Source: Macrostomum lignano (lineage: Eukaryota). From it: a DNA stretch of 64,000 nt. The position numbers were made by a program, and so were the translations under genes. Of the stretch, positions 38,571 through 50,777 are shown piece by piece. The notes under the pieces were generated by a model, which saw nothing but the letters and a program-made list of their open reading frames with translations, did not search any database and had not been told where the DNA came from. Numbering within the stretch: position 1 is the stretch's first letter; each line of letters opens with the position of its first letter. The DNA lies in NCBI GenBank assembly GCA_002269645.1, contig NIVC01000909.1:304258-368257 (forward strand), given 5' to 3'.

Positions 38571-39507
38571 AGTCTCGTGGTTGATTCTCTCATCGCTCTC
38601 TCTCCGATTCTCATTTCTGGTTCTCTCATCTGACTCTCTCTTATCCCTGATTCTCTTAGCTGACTCTCTCATTACCTGATCCTGCCATCCCCTGACTCTT
38701 CTACCTCCTGACTCGCACCCTGACTCTCCCACAGCATTTTCAAGTGTCAGATTTTGTCCACCTAAAGCTAACCTGTGGATCAGCTTTCCCCAGCGTGAGC
38801 AGCAGCTCCACAACGCTGACAAAATCTTTCTGAGCAGCTCGATGCAACGCAGAATAACCAGCGCAGTCCCACAGTGCCGTATTTGCCCCAGCCTCCAACA
38901 GCAGTCTAACAGAATCGGCATTGCCAGTCTTAGCTGCATCAATCAAAGCTGTAGAACCGGTATCTGCTGATTTCTCATTCACAATAGATATTGACAACTG
39001 ACCACTACTACTAGTAGTAGTCTTAGCCAACTGTAACAAGCTTAACAATAAGCGACGAATTTCTAATGTATCGCCGCGACGTACAGCCTCGTGCAGGGGG
39101 GTGGTTGTGCCATAGACTATCAGCTCCGCGGGCGGAGGCTCCTGCGCTTGTACGTGCCTACCCAACCGTCTGACAATGCCGCCCGATGCTTCAACTAGAG
39201 CCCTACTAAAATCAGTTAGCAACAAATCCAAGCCGAGAAATTTCGATTCAGTTCCTCTTAATTGATAGAAACCATCGTCCAATCGATCAATTGGATAGTG
39301 ATAGATCGAGCCGTCAGTGTGCAGCAATGACAGAACATATTTGCCAGTGGCGCTGGAATATCTAACTAGATAGTCGCCATGGCCGCCTTGAGCGTGTAAA
39401 CGACGCTCAGTTTCTTCGCGACCCAACTGGCCGTGAAACCAGTATGGACGCTGCTTCTGCTGCATGAGATGTTTAAATAATCCAGTTAGTGCCTTGTGTC
39501 TCTTCAT
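24745..39507 (-). CDS. shark: SH2-ankyrin-SH2 tyrosine-kinase-family protein (SHARK/HTK16 type), probable pseudokinase; exons 39507-38773, 38183-37953, 37543-37123, 36547-35869, 25102-24745
   Basis: SH2 ([15 protein letters not shown]...GDYLVRYS); ankyrin repeats ([40 protein letters not shown]); second SH2 (WYHPSLSR...GDFLVRLS); kinase motifs [40 protein letters not shown]. All five exons join with compatible phases (0,0,1,2). Confidence 0.85.
25150..35815 (+). repeat. ~10.7 kb 30-bp satellite (~355 units) filling the last SHARK intron (25103-35868)
   Basis: Unit gaggatctgggatagttgaaatcctcaaat; source of all [10 protein letters not shown] and YPRSSFEDF ORFs. Confidence 0.97.
36600..37030 (+). 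repeat. 14-15-bp minisatellite in SHARK intron
   Basis: Unit ggggcgattctg(c/a)ag. Confidence 0.9.
37584..37946 (+). repeat. (GACA/GGCA)n microsatellite in SHARK intron
   Basis: Direct reading of the sequence. Confidence 0.95.
38270..38720 (+). repeat. CT-rich repeat and (CT)n tract in SHARK intron
   Basis: ctctcatccctgatt...gactctctct units plus (ct)n at ~38523-38568. Confidence 0.85.
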
Positions 39508-39627
39508 TTCTTCTAGGTTTCAGAACATTTTTGCTAATTGACTAAGCAATCTCAATAGAAAAAAAAGTTATTTTTTATAACACCTGCCTTAATGGACAGA
39601 TGTGCAACCAACAGGGGTTCCAATTAA

Positions 39628-39698
39628 GTCAGGTCAAGAATCAAACCCCTGATCTCTCAGTTACAAGCCGATGTTAAACCAATAAGCTACCATCTCCC
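39628..39698 (-). pseudogene. tRNA-derived pseudogene or SINE head (Thr-UGU-like loop)
   Basis: Minus strand ggagatggTAGCTTATTGGtttaacatcggCTTGTAActgagagatcaggGGTTTGATTCttgacc: A box, anticodon-like loop and a decayed B box. The acceptor stem does not pair. Confidence 0.4.
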
Positions 39699-39734
39699 AG
39701 CTTATCTAAGCTGAGATGCTGAGAGAAGCTGAGA

Positions 39735-40667
39735 AAATTGCTAAGATGTCAAGGCTTATGGTATGGGGGGAGGGGAATTGCTTAGATGTCAAGGCTTATG
39801 GGGGGAGGGGAATCGCTAAGATGTCAAGGCTTATGGGGGAGGGGAATCGCTAAGATGTCAAGGCTTATGGTATGGGGGGAGGGGAATTGCTAAGATGTCA
39901 AGGCTTATGGGGGAGGGGAATCGCTAAGATGTCAAGGCTTATGGGGGGAGGGGAATCGCTAAGATGTCAAGGCTTATGGGGGAGGGGAATCGCTAAGATG
40001 TCAAGGCTTATGGGGGGAGGGGAATCGCTAAGATGTCAAGGCTTATGGGGGAGGGGAATCGCTAAGATGTCAAGGCTTATGGGGGAGGGGAATCGCTAAG
40101 ATGTCAAGGCTTATGGGGGGAGGGGAATCGCTAAGATGTCAAGGCTTATGGGGGGAGGGGAATCGCTAAGATGTCAAGGCTTATGGGGGAGGGGAATCGC
40201 TAAGATGTCAAGGCTTATGGGGGGAGGGGAATCGCTAAGATGTCAAGGCTTATGGGGGAGGGGAATCGCTAAGATGTCAAGGCTTATGGGGGAGGGGAAT
40301 CGCTAAGATGTCAAGGCTTATGGGGGAGGGGAATTGCTAAGATGTCACGGCTTATGGGGGAGGGGAATTGCTGAGATGTCAAGGCTTGTGGGGGAGGGGA
40401 ATTGCTAAGATGTCAAATCTTGTGGGGGGAGGGGAATTGCTAAGATGTCAAGGCTTATGGGGAGAGGGGAATCGCTAAGATGTCAAGGCTTGTGGGGGAG
40501 GGGAATTGCTGAGATGTCAAGGCTTGTGGGGGAGGGGAATTGCTGAGATGTCAAGTCTTGTGGGAGAGGGGAATTGCTGAGATGTCAAGGCTTGTAGAGG
40601 AGGGGAATTGCTGAGATGTCAAGGCTTGTAGAGGAGGGGAATTGCTGAGATGTCAAGGCTTGTGGGG
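39735..40667 (+). repeat. 34-35-bp G-rich minisatellite (continues at 44686-44890 beyond the P element)
   Basis: Unit gggggaggggaatcgctaagatgtcaaggcttat. Confidence 0.9.
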
Positions 40668-43600
40668 CATAGATAAAGTATACCATAGATTCCACCCCTG
40701 CCCAGAATGTACACACGCTCGTGTCCAAACTTTGACCACCATAAAACTCACCGTGCTCTCATTGGCTGGCGCGAAAGCCTTCCTTTCAACCCCTTCGATT
40801 TCATTCCCTCACCCCTTCCACACAAGAAAGCTTTATAACTTTAATGCGCGGAACGAAAGGATGTCTTACCAGTTTCAACAGTTTAGCAAGAATGAAGTCG
40901 ACACGCAAGTGTTCCGCTTTGGGCTGCAATTCCGTTCAACGGAAAGGCAGCGTGTCTTTTTTTGCCTACCCAATTAAGCAACCTTCATTACTTTCCGAAT
41001 GGCTGTGCCACGTTGAGACAACGCCTGGATTTGCACCAACGTCCTGCAAATATTTGTGTGAACTGCACTTCAGTGCAGCAGATATTGCCATCGAGTCACA
41101 AGGTGCAAAATCGCCGGGCAGGTTTCGCAAGCGCTTGAGACCTGGAGTTGCGCCAAATTGCGAGTGGAAGGTGGATCCACCTGTTCTGGAGCCTGCGGAT
41201 CCACCTGTTCTGGAGCCTGCGGATCCACCTGTTCTGGAGCCTGCGGAAGAATCTGCTAGCACCGAGCCACCCGTTCTTCACCGCTTCGACGAGGACCCCA
41301 CATTCGAGGAGCAACGAATTAGCGCTGCGGATGCCAAGCGGTTGAAGAACAAGAAGACACTATCTGCTCTGCAACTCCTGCGACGTAAGTTGTCTAGGCG
41401 GCTGGCCTCCCGTGCAAGGAGGTATGCTTTGGCAAAGCAGCGTTCTAGGAAGCTGAAGACCTTCGAGCTCAAGCTGCTGGCCGCTGATCAGGCTTTGCAG
41501 CGTGCGATTGAGCAAAGGAAAGATTCAGAACTTGCAATGAAGCAGTTCCGCTGCCTGCTGACTGCGAAAGGAAAATCTTTGCTAAGCAACCCCATCCGTG
41601 AAAAGGCGGGTGCTTTTATCGAAGAAGTTCGGCGTTTTGCAAGCGAGCTGCACTACTGCTCACCACGTGCGTATGCTAATCTTCGCCGCTACTTCCGGTT
41701 GCCTGCAGATGAGACGATTCGGCGCTGGAACAGATTTGAATGTCAGGCAGGAGTTACTGCTGTGTCCATCGAAAAGGTAAAGGAGTTGTGCTCCGAATCT
41801 GTTGCCATGCGTGACTGGGCACTCGTGATTGACGCGATGCACATTCGCCGAGAAATCTGCGTCAATGTCGGCAGCAAGCGGTTTTCCGGGTTTGCGGATG
41901 TCGGTGCCGGAAGCAACTGCTCCGATGATCAGGAGCTCGCTCGTGAAGCGGTTGTTCTCCTCGCAGTTGGTCTCAGGAGCTCCTGGAAGCTGCCCGTCGC
42001 CTACATTCTGCCCAATTCCGCAAAGCCTGCACAGCAGGCGCACCTGATTTCTCGCACGATTGAGGAGTTGAACAGCGTGGGCGCTGTTGTGCGAGCCCTT
42101 GTATGCGACTGCGCTGCCGTCAACTTGGCGACTGTCAAGCTCTTCGGTGCAAGCATCCCTGAAGCCCCGAGTTTTACCATCAGCAGTCAGCAGCAGCGCG
42201 TTCATGTTTTTTTCGACAACTGCCATCTGCTAAAGCTCGTTCGCAACTCCTTATCCGACTTGGGCTGCTTCGTGCACAACGGATCCAGCATTTCGTGGCG
42301 CTTCATCGAACTGCTACACTCGTGCCAGCAGGCGGAAGGAGGCAGACTCGGCAACAGGCTCAGCACCAGGCACATTGAGTGGAAGAGGCTCAGCATGAAT
42401 GTTTCCCTGGCCGCACAGACGCTAAGTTCATCGGTGGCGGACGCTCTCCAGTTTCTGCAGGATGCGGGATGTCCAGAGTTCCAGGACTGTGGCGCCACTG
42501 TGAGGTTCATCCGCACGATCGACTCTCTGTTTGATGTCTTCAACTCTCGGTGAGTTAAAAATGACACTATATAATTGCACTTCTGTATGTAGCATTGTTT
42601 ATTATATTTGCAAGTATAACATAGTCTGGTCGTAAATTATACTCAATTTATTAGCTGTATATTTAGTACCATGTTATTCTATTTTAAAGTGAAAAATAAG
42701 TCAAATTATTTTTTGTACCAATACACAGGCGAATTCATTATTATGATTACATAATTGAAACTAAATACGACAAATTGCATGTAATAAATTAATAAATGTA
42801 TTAATAAATAAACTATTTCATACTTTCTCCTCTCCCAACAGATCCACTGCAACCTACAGACTAAAAGGCCCCCTGTGGAATTGCCCATCGAGTCTGGCTG
42901 TCACCTTCAATTTCTGGACAGCGCGTGCTCCTTCATTCGTGAGCTGCAGACTGCGGACGGCAAGTCACTTCTGACGAGTCCTTGCCGAATGTGGGGCATC
43001 GGATACTGCTCCAATGCAGCTGCACTACGGCTTCTCGTCGATGACCTTTTTGTGACGGGCGCTGGTGACTGGAAGTTTTTCCTGACCTACAAAGTGTGCC
43101 AGGATCCCCTGGAGCACTTTTTCGGCGAAGTGCGACAGCGCGGCGGGTTCAACAACAACCCAAACGTGGAGCAGTTCCGGTGAGTGCACGGATTACTGCA
43201 TTACTGATTACTCTTTTGCTGCACTCTTATTGCAGTACAATAGTTAATAGGTTATTTCCAGAACAATTACGCATTTATTGTTGCATTGATGATAGAAGTT
43301 CGAGTTTTGGAATTGCAATCTACTCAGACTTACTTAATTATCCCGTTCCAGAGCTGCTTACCGGGCACTAGTTGGCCATCGAGTTGGAAAGCTTGGCTGC
43401 AAGTCACTGATGCCGCAGCTGCGACGATCGGCGGAGCTGCTCCCCGCCTCCACTACGGCCAATTGCGCCGCTGAGGTCTCCGACACCGTGAACCTGCCAT
43501 CTGCGACTGCGCTCTCACTGGTCGGCGAGAACAACGCCGGCTACATCGCCGGCTACATTGGTCGGCAGCTCGTGAGCCGGCTGAACTGCATCTCGTGCAA

Positions 43601-44685
43601 GGAGGCGCTGGTTGGTTCTTGCCAGACGGTGAGGCTGGCGGCAATCAAGGACCAAGGAGGTTTGTTCCGCCCATCTGCTGACTTGTGCCGCTGTGTGCAT
43701 TTCTGTGAGCTTCAACGCCGCGCCATTTCGCTTGGTGCCTTCAACTGCAAGACAGTTGACATGTTGGTCGCATCATCCGTGAGCGCAGCACTCTCCCAAG
43801 GTGTATTCGCTTCCCTGTCCTGTCATCAAGGCTCTGATGAAAATCATCGGTACTTTCTCATTCGGAGCATCAGTGAGAAGTACGCATTTGTTCGACTTGC
43901 CAACTCAATTCGGAGCTTCAACTTGTCAGCCAAGAGCTCAGTGCGCCACCAGCTATGTAAGAAAGTTATTTTTCTTGGACAGTAATTTTGTTTACTTTTT
44001 TTTCATTGGCCAGAAGCCAACGATTGTAAAAACAATACTTGGTTGACGTGTCGCGGTGCTTCGCTTTACTAAAAACTTCATTTACGTGCCAATGGCTTCT
44101 CTCTATTGCGTCCCACTTTTTGAGAATTGAGATGCTCTTCTCAATGATCCAAGTCATAAAAATAATAATCTATCAGGCTGAATATGCTCTGCATTTTGCG
44201 CAATTTTTTATTATGATTTCGCTAAACTGTTTCACAATTTTTGCCAGACTTTTATTTTATGGCTAATGTCGTTTTCCAGTTTGCTCATACGAGTATTAGT
44301 TTATTCACTTCAATGTTATAATAAAACAGCAAAAAAACTGACATTGTCACGACGAATTTTGTCTTGTCTTTGGCTTTTAACTGCATGAGTGTTTATTTTA
44401 ACTACTAAACTGAACTTCTAAGAAAAAAGAAAACTGTTTGTTGCTTCATTTAATCAAGAAAAAGTATGCTAGTGTTGCTGGAAAATTTGAATCACGTTTT
44501 TTATACAAGTTGCAAGTCCTTTAAGGAAGAAAGATAATAGAAAAGCGGAGTTGGGGGAATGTACACACATGGACTCAATGTGCATAGCGTGGCCCAGCCA
44601 ATAGGAGCGCAGTGAATAAAGTGATGGTCACAATTTAGACACTCCGCGAGGGTAGGGGTGGAATCTATGGTATACTTTATCTATG
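40668..44685 (+). mobile_element. Full-length P-element superfamily DNA transposon (4018 bp)
   Basis: Perfect 32-bp TIR catagataaagtataccatagattccacccct (40668-40699 and 44654-44685). Perfect 8-bp TSD ttgtgggg (40660-40667 and 44686-44693). Encodes a THAP-transposase. Confidence 0.95.
40892..43985 (+). CDS. THAP-domain P-element (THAP9-like) transposase; exons 40892-42549, 42842-43179, 43352-43985; apparent 1-bp frameshift near 42870-42895
   Basis: THAP domain CSALGCNS...FFAYP...WL...LCELHF. Catalytic-region motifs VIDAMHIR, LVCDCAAVN, FFDNCHLLKLVRN, YKVCQDPLEHFFGEVRQRGGFNNNP, QFR|AAYRAL, YIAGYI, CISC, GGLFRPS. Donors gtgagt at 42550 and 43180; acceptors cag at 42841 and 43351. Confidence 0.9.
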
Positions 44686-45479
44686 TTGTGGGGGAGGGAA
44701 TTGCTGAGATGTCAAGGCTTGTGGGGGAGGGGAATTGCTGAGATATCAAGTCTTGTGGGAGAGGGAATTGCTGAGATGTCAAGGCTTGTAGGGGAGGGGA
44801 ATTGCTGAGATGTCAAGGCTTGTGGGGGAGGGAATTGCTGAGATGTCAAGGCTTGTGGGGGAGGGAATTGCTGAGATGTCAAGGCTTATAAAAGGGGATT
44901 GCTAAGATGTCATGGGGGGATTGCTAAGATTCTATAGCTTATGAAGTGAGTTGTTGGGATATAAAGTCTTATGAAAGACTTGCTAAAATGCTTTGGCTCA
45001 TAAATTTTTAGATTGCCAAGGGATGGGTCAATTAAGAGTGATTGGTAGGCCAAACATTAAAGGGAAAGAAAAAGGTATAGTTAAGAGATAGCTTAAAGGG
45101 GATGCTGAAATCTTAGGCTAGAATATCTTACACTAGATAGCTAGCTTTTAGGGCAAAAGCTTTGTGCTTTCATTTAAAAAAAACTAAAAATAATGACACT
45201 ATATAATTCTTATTCTTTGAAACACTTATGCAAATTTTTTTCTAAAAGCTTATTTGACTGTGTAATCAAATATCATACATCTATCAAATATTAGAATCTA
45301 TATATCATACAATTATAGTTAGGCCCTAAACTGAATTGAAAATAATTATTTAAAATAAAATAACTAAATATACAAAAGTTAATTCACTATACTTATATAC
45401 TAGAAAAACTAATCCTTGGAATTAGGAATGCCAAATAATATAATATCCTTAAAGATTGATATTGCTACTATATTACCAA

Positions 45480-45700
45480 TCAGGCACTCATTTTGGCATA
45501 ATAGGCACTCTTTTTAGTATCCCAGACACTTATTTTGGCACCAAAAGCACTACATTTTGGCACCCTAAAGAAAAATTATTGATTAGGCCTACCAGAATGG
45601 TTTATAAGGTGGGGTGAGGGACAAAGCATTGGCATTCCCTTCATAGCTTTTATTAGGAGGGGGGACATGTCCCCTCTGTTCCCCCAACTGGGCCTAGTAG
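45480..45700 (+). mobile_element. Degraded copy of the hAT-like MITE found at 48070 and 53595
   Basis: Shares ttttggcaccctaaagaaaa...acaaagcattggcat...atagctttt...gggaca(c/t)gtcc with 53780-53905; TIRs not recognised. Confidence 0.6.
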
Positions 45701-46309
45701 TAATGCAATTATCACCAATTTATGATATGATATATATCCCTTAAGGAATATACTGCTTTAAGTATTGCTTGCTTAAAGCAATAGATCGATTTTAAGCATC
45801 ACAAAAATGGATATCCATCCATTGTCCTACTCCTATTTAGCCATTTAGGGAATACAATCCCAGGATCCTGGGATCCTATAATACTGGGATTTTAATTATG
45901 CTTGAATCCTGGGATTCTAAATTCTGGGATCACACTTGTCTGGGATTAGAAAATCCTAGGATTGACCATTGGGATTCCAATCCTGGTTTGCAATAATTCA
46001 ATCATTCATTCTCAAGTAGTAATATCTGCAGATAAGCTACTTGTCAGGTGAAAATCATAACCCAGTTGTCTTGCTTTGATTTAATAATCTTTTGAAGCAT
46101 GCAGGTTAGTGAGATGGTAGGGCAGCAAGGATACAAAACTGAAACTGAACTGAAGATCATAAGGAGATTTCAGTTCAGGTATAATATATGTGCAACTATG
46201 GCAATGTTGTAGTTTGTTTCGCGTAATTATTTTTACTTTTGAATCCGCGCCAACGTCATGAACAATCAAACAAGTGAACATTAACAGAATTATAACATCG
46301 CAGTAACAG

Positions 46310-46425
46310 GATTAACAGGATATTAATGGGCAATCCAATACAGCACTGCACCGAAGACGTTGGTAGGGTACATGCGACGCCAGAGGAACTCTTCGAGATG
46401 ACTTTCAAAGAGGGCATCGGATGTG
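46310..46425 (-). mobile_element. Merlin/IS1016-family transposase C-terminal fragment
   Basis: Minus strand TSDALFESHLEEFLWRRMYPTNVFGAVLYWIAH*YPV resembles the Merlin terminus GTS...L.SYL.EF.WRR.....F..LL..IA..YP; no TIRs found. Confidence 0.55.
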
Positions 46426-48069
46426 GGATTATACGTGACGAATAAGGCGAATAAGACGGATTTGTGTAGCGGTTAATTTAGATAGTTCACGATTATTTAG
46501 CAGATCGGCAAGCCGCTTCAACCCTTAGACTTTTGCTAGTGCTACTTAAAATTGCTGGATCAGTTAATTAACTAATTGGTGTGCCAAGGTAGACGGCGGA
46601 AGAGTTGGTGTAAGGAGGCCAGACAGCGTCACAGCTAAGGGTTAGCAAGCCTAGGTCTAGAGAAGCGAAGCAAGGGGAAGGGCGAGAGCGGCTGCTGACT
46701 AGTGTAAGCATATATTTAAAGGTAAACAGACAACAACACCCTTAATCCAAAACCCAGACAAACAACCCCCCACGCGGCGCGCAATGTACATGTACAAATT
46801 AATCGATAAATATATCATGCAAGAATAACATACGTCAGTACATGTACATAAGTAGAACTACTTTACGAGAAATAATAACGATATGAATGAAATACAAATA
46901 ATAGAATAAATACATACGAGGCTACAAAAACAAAGCAATTAACAGTAAAAATAGCGCGATAATAATACGTACGAATATTGTGAAATTCATTATTCTTAAT
47001 GAAAGAATACAGTAGTAGTACGGTATGCATATGAAAATAAAGAAATACGATACACGCTTCTACGAATCACACTGTCACATATAAATGATTGGACAGCCTC
47101 CTACTTTGAAAATAAAAGTGAACAATTCGGCTGAAAATGCGTTTCTGAAATTTATGTGGAGTATGAAGGATTTTTACCAATAAAATAACTTTTGTAACGG
47201 TTTAGTAGCTATTGGTGGCTACCTCAACATTTTTCTGGTTGGCTGGACAGTTTCTATAAAAATATGCGATCTAAATTTTCTTTCAACATCAGTAACTTGT
47301 CTTCTGAAAAAAAACTCAAAACCTTTGACTTGTAGATTACTGGTTAATACTACATTTTTACTACACACACTCATCTTGAATTGAAAAAAGAACATAAAAA
47401 CGTCTTTAATTTATAATTTAGCATCACATACACAAAGGGTTCCTCAGAACTAAAATTGCTGAAAAAGATAATCAACTATACTACTACTACAAGTACACAC
47501 ACACGTAGATTCAAAAGTAAAACAAGATGCGTAAAATAATGACTCATCAGCAATTCCCCAAAATTATTAAAACTTATACTCGAAAAGACGAAAACTTATA
47601 CACGAAACATTGAATCCGTGCTTCAATTTGTGTTTCAATTTCGACGCAATTTTGTGCCTGTTATCCTGTTGTATTTAAATAATGTAACATAAAACTTTTC
47701 AAAGAATATAAACAATCGATAGTCTGTTTTATATTGTGCGACAGTTACAAAAAAGGAGTAGTCAGCTGTTGTTTTATGAGCAAAACAGTACATGTAAAAA
47801 GCCTATTGTGACGTCCATTTTACGCATGACATGCCATGTAACATGTAAATTATAGAAATTAATTGTACGCGGGTACCACATGTGGACATTTTTTGTGAGT
47901 TTTAACGCAAAATACATATAGCTATTACCATAAATTCAGGCGTAAATTTTACGCTAAAAATGTAAAATTTGAGTATCACAGCTCACAGAAGTTATATATA
48001 AATTATATAGCTTAATATTACAATGTGCCTGTACATGATTTGTATTTACATGTACCTTGGTACATGCAG

Positions 48070-48496
48070 CAGGGGCGCCGCCACCGGGGGGGGGCAGGAG
48101 GGACGTTTCCTCCCAGTAAAAGCTATGGGGACATGCCAATGCTTTATTAATTTGTCCCCCACCCCACCAGCCTAATTGTGACGGCCGTTATCCATCTACT
48201 AAAAATGGTCTATCGGTAGGTATCTATCTATCTAGGTAGGTAGGTATGCGATCGATTAGAGAAAAAACGGCTCAACGGCTTCAGGGCGACAAAACATAGG
48301 GCCTGCGGCACCAAAATGAGTGCCTGAGGGGCCAAAATGAGTGCCTGCGGCGCCAAAATGAGCGCCGACAACCAACGTGCACCGACTCTGAAAATAATGT
48401 ACATGTAGCTGAATTTACTCTTGCATCTATATGTACACATGTAGAATTCTTAGCTTTGTCCCCCACCATATACAGTAATCCAAGGCGACGCCCCTG
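48070..48496 (-). mobile_element. hAT-like MITE
   Basis: TIR caggggcg(c/t)cgcc ... ggcgacgcccctg; homologous to 53595-53932 in the opposite orientation; no clean TSD. Confidence 0.7.
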
Positions 48497-48604
48497 CATG
48501 ACATGCAAGTAATTTTACTTGGTAAAAAATGGCGTTTATACAAGCACAATCCACAGTACACAATGAAACAAGAGCCCATCAAAACACTATGAAACAACAG
48601 TCTT

Positions 48605-49597
48605 CTAGGCACTGGACCGACAGTTAACCACCCCGGAAAAGGAGATTCCCAAAAATTTCTCCACTTCTTTGTCAGACTCATCAAACGGAGACGAAATCGC
48701 ATACAAAGTTTTGCTACCGTAGTCGGACACGAGCAGTGTGATACCAGTGTCGGACTCGAAAACCGCGACGCCAGACGGAAGCTTAAAAGGTTGCCATGCT
48801 GAAAAAATGCCGATCAAATTCTGCGAAACACTACCAGCAATGTCATAGACAGTGACAGAGTTGCTGGCGAACCCGCAAACGATCACGTGACCTTGGCTGT
48901 CTGCAGCAATCTGGCATAGCAGCGGTGGGCCGTTGATGGGTCCCGAGTGCTCTGTGAGACTCTGCGAGCTGATGCTCAACTTGAAGACGCGGCCGCTTCG
49001 ATTGTCGCTCATGAAGACGTCGTGCTCAGAAGCGGCAAGACTGCCGAGGTCCGACCCGACGAGCAGCGGCTCGGAGCTCAAGTTGACGATGCTCACTGCA
49101 GACAGCTGCTTGCTCAGCACTAGCAGCCGGGGTCCGCTCCGGTCCAGCAGCAAAATGCTGTCGTTGTTTCCAGCTACGCCGCAGATGTTCCAAGAGTCGG
49201 CGCCTTCGTGCAGTCCGAGACGGTCGGCGCCGAGCTGCAGCGACACTCCACCGCTGAGGTCCATCGCCGTGATTCGATCGGGCTGAGCCACGATCACCTG
49301 CTGCAGCTGCGAGTCCCAGTGCAGACCTGTCACCTCCTTGTCCCAATCGATGGAGTCGCAGTGAAGCTGGAACGGACCTGCCGAGCCATCCAGAGGCGAC
49401 ACAAGCAGGTAGTTGAAGATGCTCGGGTCGAATGACATCAGGACGCACGGCTGGGTCAGCGGCGATAAATATTGTTGAGTGCTGTCGGCGTCAGAGGCTC
49501 TGACCACTCGGTTGGACGAGTTGACAGCGAAGCCTCTTGTACAGGTGCACACAGCCAGTCGTTTGGGACTGGCCTTCAGATGAGCAATAAACTGCAT
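48605..49597 (-). CDS. Intronless NHL-repeat/beta-propeller-like protein, copy A (330 aa)
   Basis: Open frame with NHL-like blades (QIAADSQGHVIVCGFASNSVTVYD, LPSGVAV, LLVSDYGS); frame conserved in paralogs. The family assignment comes from motif resemblance only. Confidence 0.7.
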   Translation of the reverse strand: MQFIAHLKASPKRLAVCTCTRGFAVNSSNRVVRASDADSTQQYLSPLTQPCVLMSFDPSIFNYLLVSPLDGSAGPFQLHCDSIDWDKEVTGLHWDSQLQQVIVAQPDRITAMDLSGGVSLQLGADRLGLHEGADSWNICGVAGNNDSILLLDRSGPRLLVLSKQLSAVSIVNLSSEPLLVGSDLGSLAASEHDVFMSDNRSGRVFKLSISSQSLTEHSGPINGPPLLCQIAADSQGHVIVCGFASNSVTVYDIAGSVSQNLIGIFSAWQPFKLPSGVAVFESDTGITLLVSDYGSKTLYAISSPFDESDKEVEKFLGISFSGVVNCRSSA

Positions 49598-50777
49598 GTC
49601 TAAATAGCTTTGATCAGGCTCTTGGCGCTGTTAGTCTGCTTGTTCTTTATAGCTAACCGAAAGATTTTCGGCGGGTTATTGAGCGCAAACAGCAGATGTA
49701 GGCGATATTTACGGAATCTGAATGCGTTTGTCTAATACGGTACTTAATCAGAATCGTTTACAGTCAGTACCGTATTCAGTATACGACTGGATTGTAAAGT
49801 ACCCTTGTCCTAAAAGTAGCGTGAGTATCTATTTTTAGCTCACTGCATCAGCTGTGCTGTACACTCATATCAGTGTACAATAGTTGCACCAACAGTGTAC
49901 AACCGCACGAATTATTGTACCTTCTGTGTCGGCACTTTCTTGCGCTGGGGCCATCTGGAAATTGGAGAGGCCGTTTAAAAAGGAACTTTGTTTATCATCG
50001 TCATAACTTATTTCATCCTAATTATAGCAGAATACTCCTAATGCTGAACTTCAATTTAAAGCTCAACTATACATTTATGATCTGCATAAATGAGTGACTG
50101 CAGCGCCAAATAAAACTAGTGCCGGCGACCAAATTGATGCAATAGCTGGACCAATCTATAGGCAGCTGCACAAAATGCTCCAATATTTTATGCTTGAACT
50201 AAAGTGCATCTTGCACTTTTCAGATAATTATTCTGACCTTCATACATTACATTACTTGTACGGTACTAATTGACTTCTAACAAGCACGATTATAACGCTA
50301 TCTAAAAAACTTATAGGTAAAGTCGAGTAGAGTGCCTGCTCAGCACAACAGTGATAATTTATTTAGTCCATTTGCACTGAATTTAATAAAAAGCAAGAAA
50401 AAACGTTCTTTGCAAATTATTTTTGAAAATTAACTTTTATCTTCCTGTACGTGAAAAATTTCAGTCGGATAATCGTTATCAATATAAAATTACTGTCCTG
50501 ACTCTATGGCGTATAAATTATAAAACCGTCTACACTGCATAAACGGCTACAAGAGACAGAGAGAGCAAGAACCGCAGAAAACCCTTGCAAAAACTGCTCT
50601 GACAGTGGCTGGCAAACTAAATGCAGCTTCACGTGGATTTTCTTTTCAAAGAACATAAATAGAATAATCTGAATTGTGAATCTGCGTTAAATAACTTTAC
50701 CTTACGAATAGACGGTTGCGTTTAACGAGTGAACTACTGTTTATAACAAAATTAATTGACCGAAAGATAACTAAAAT

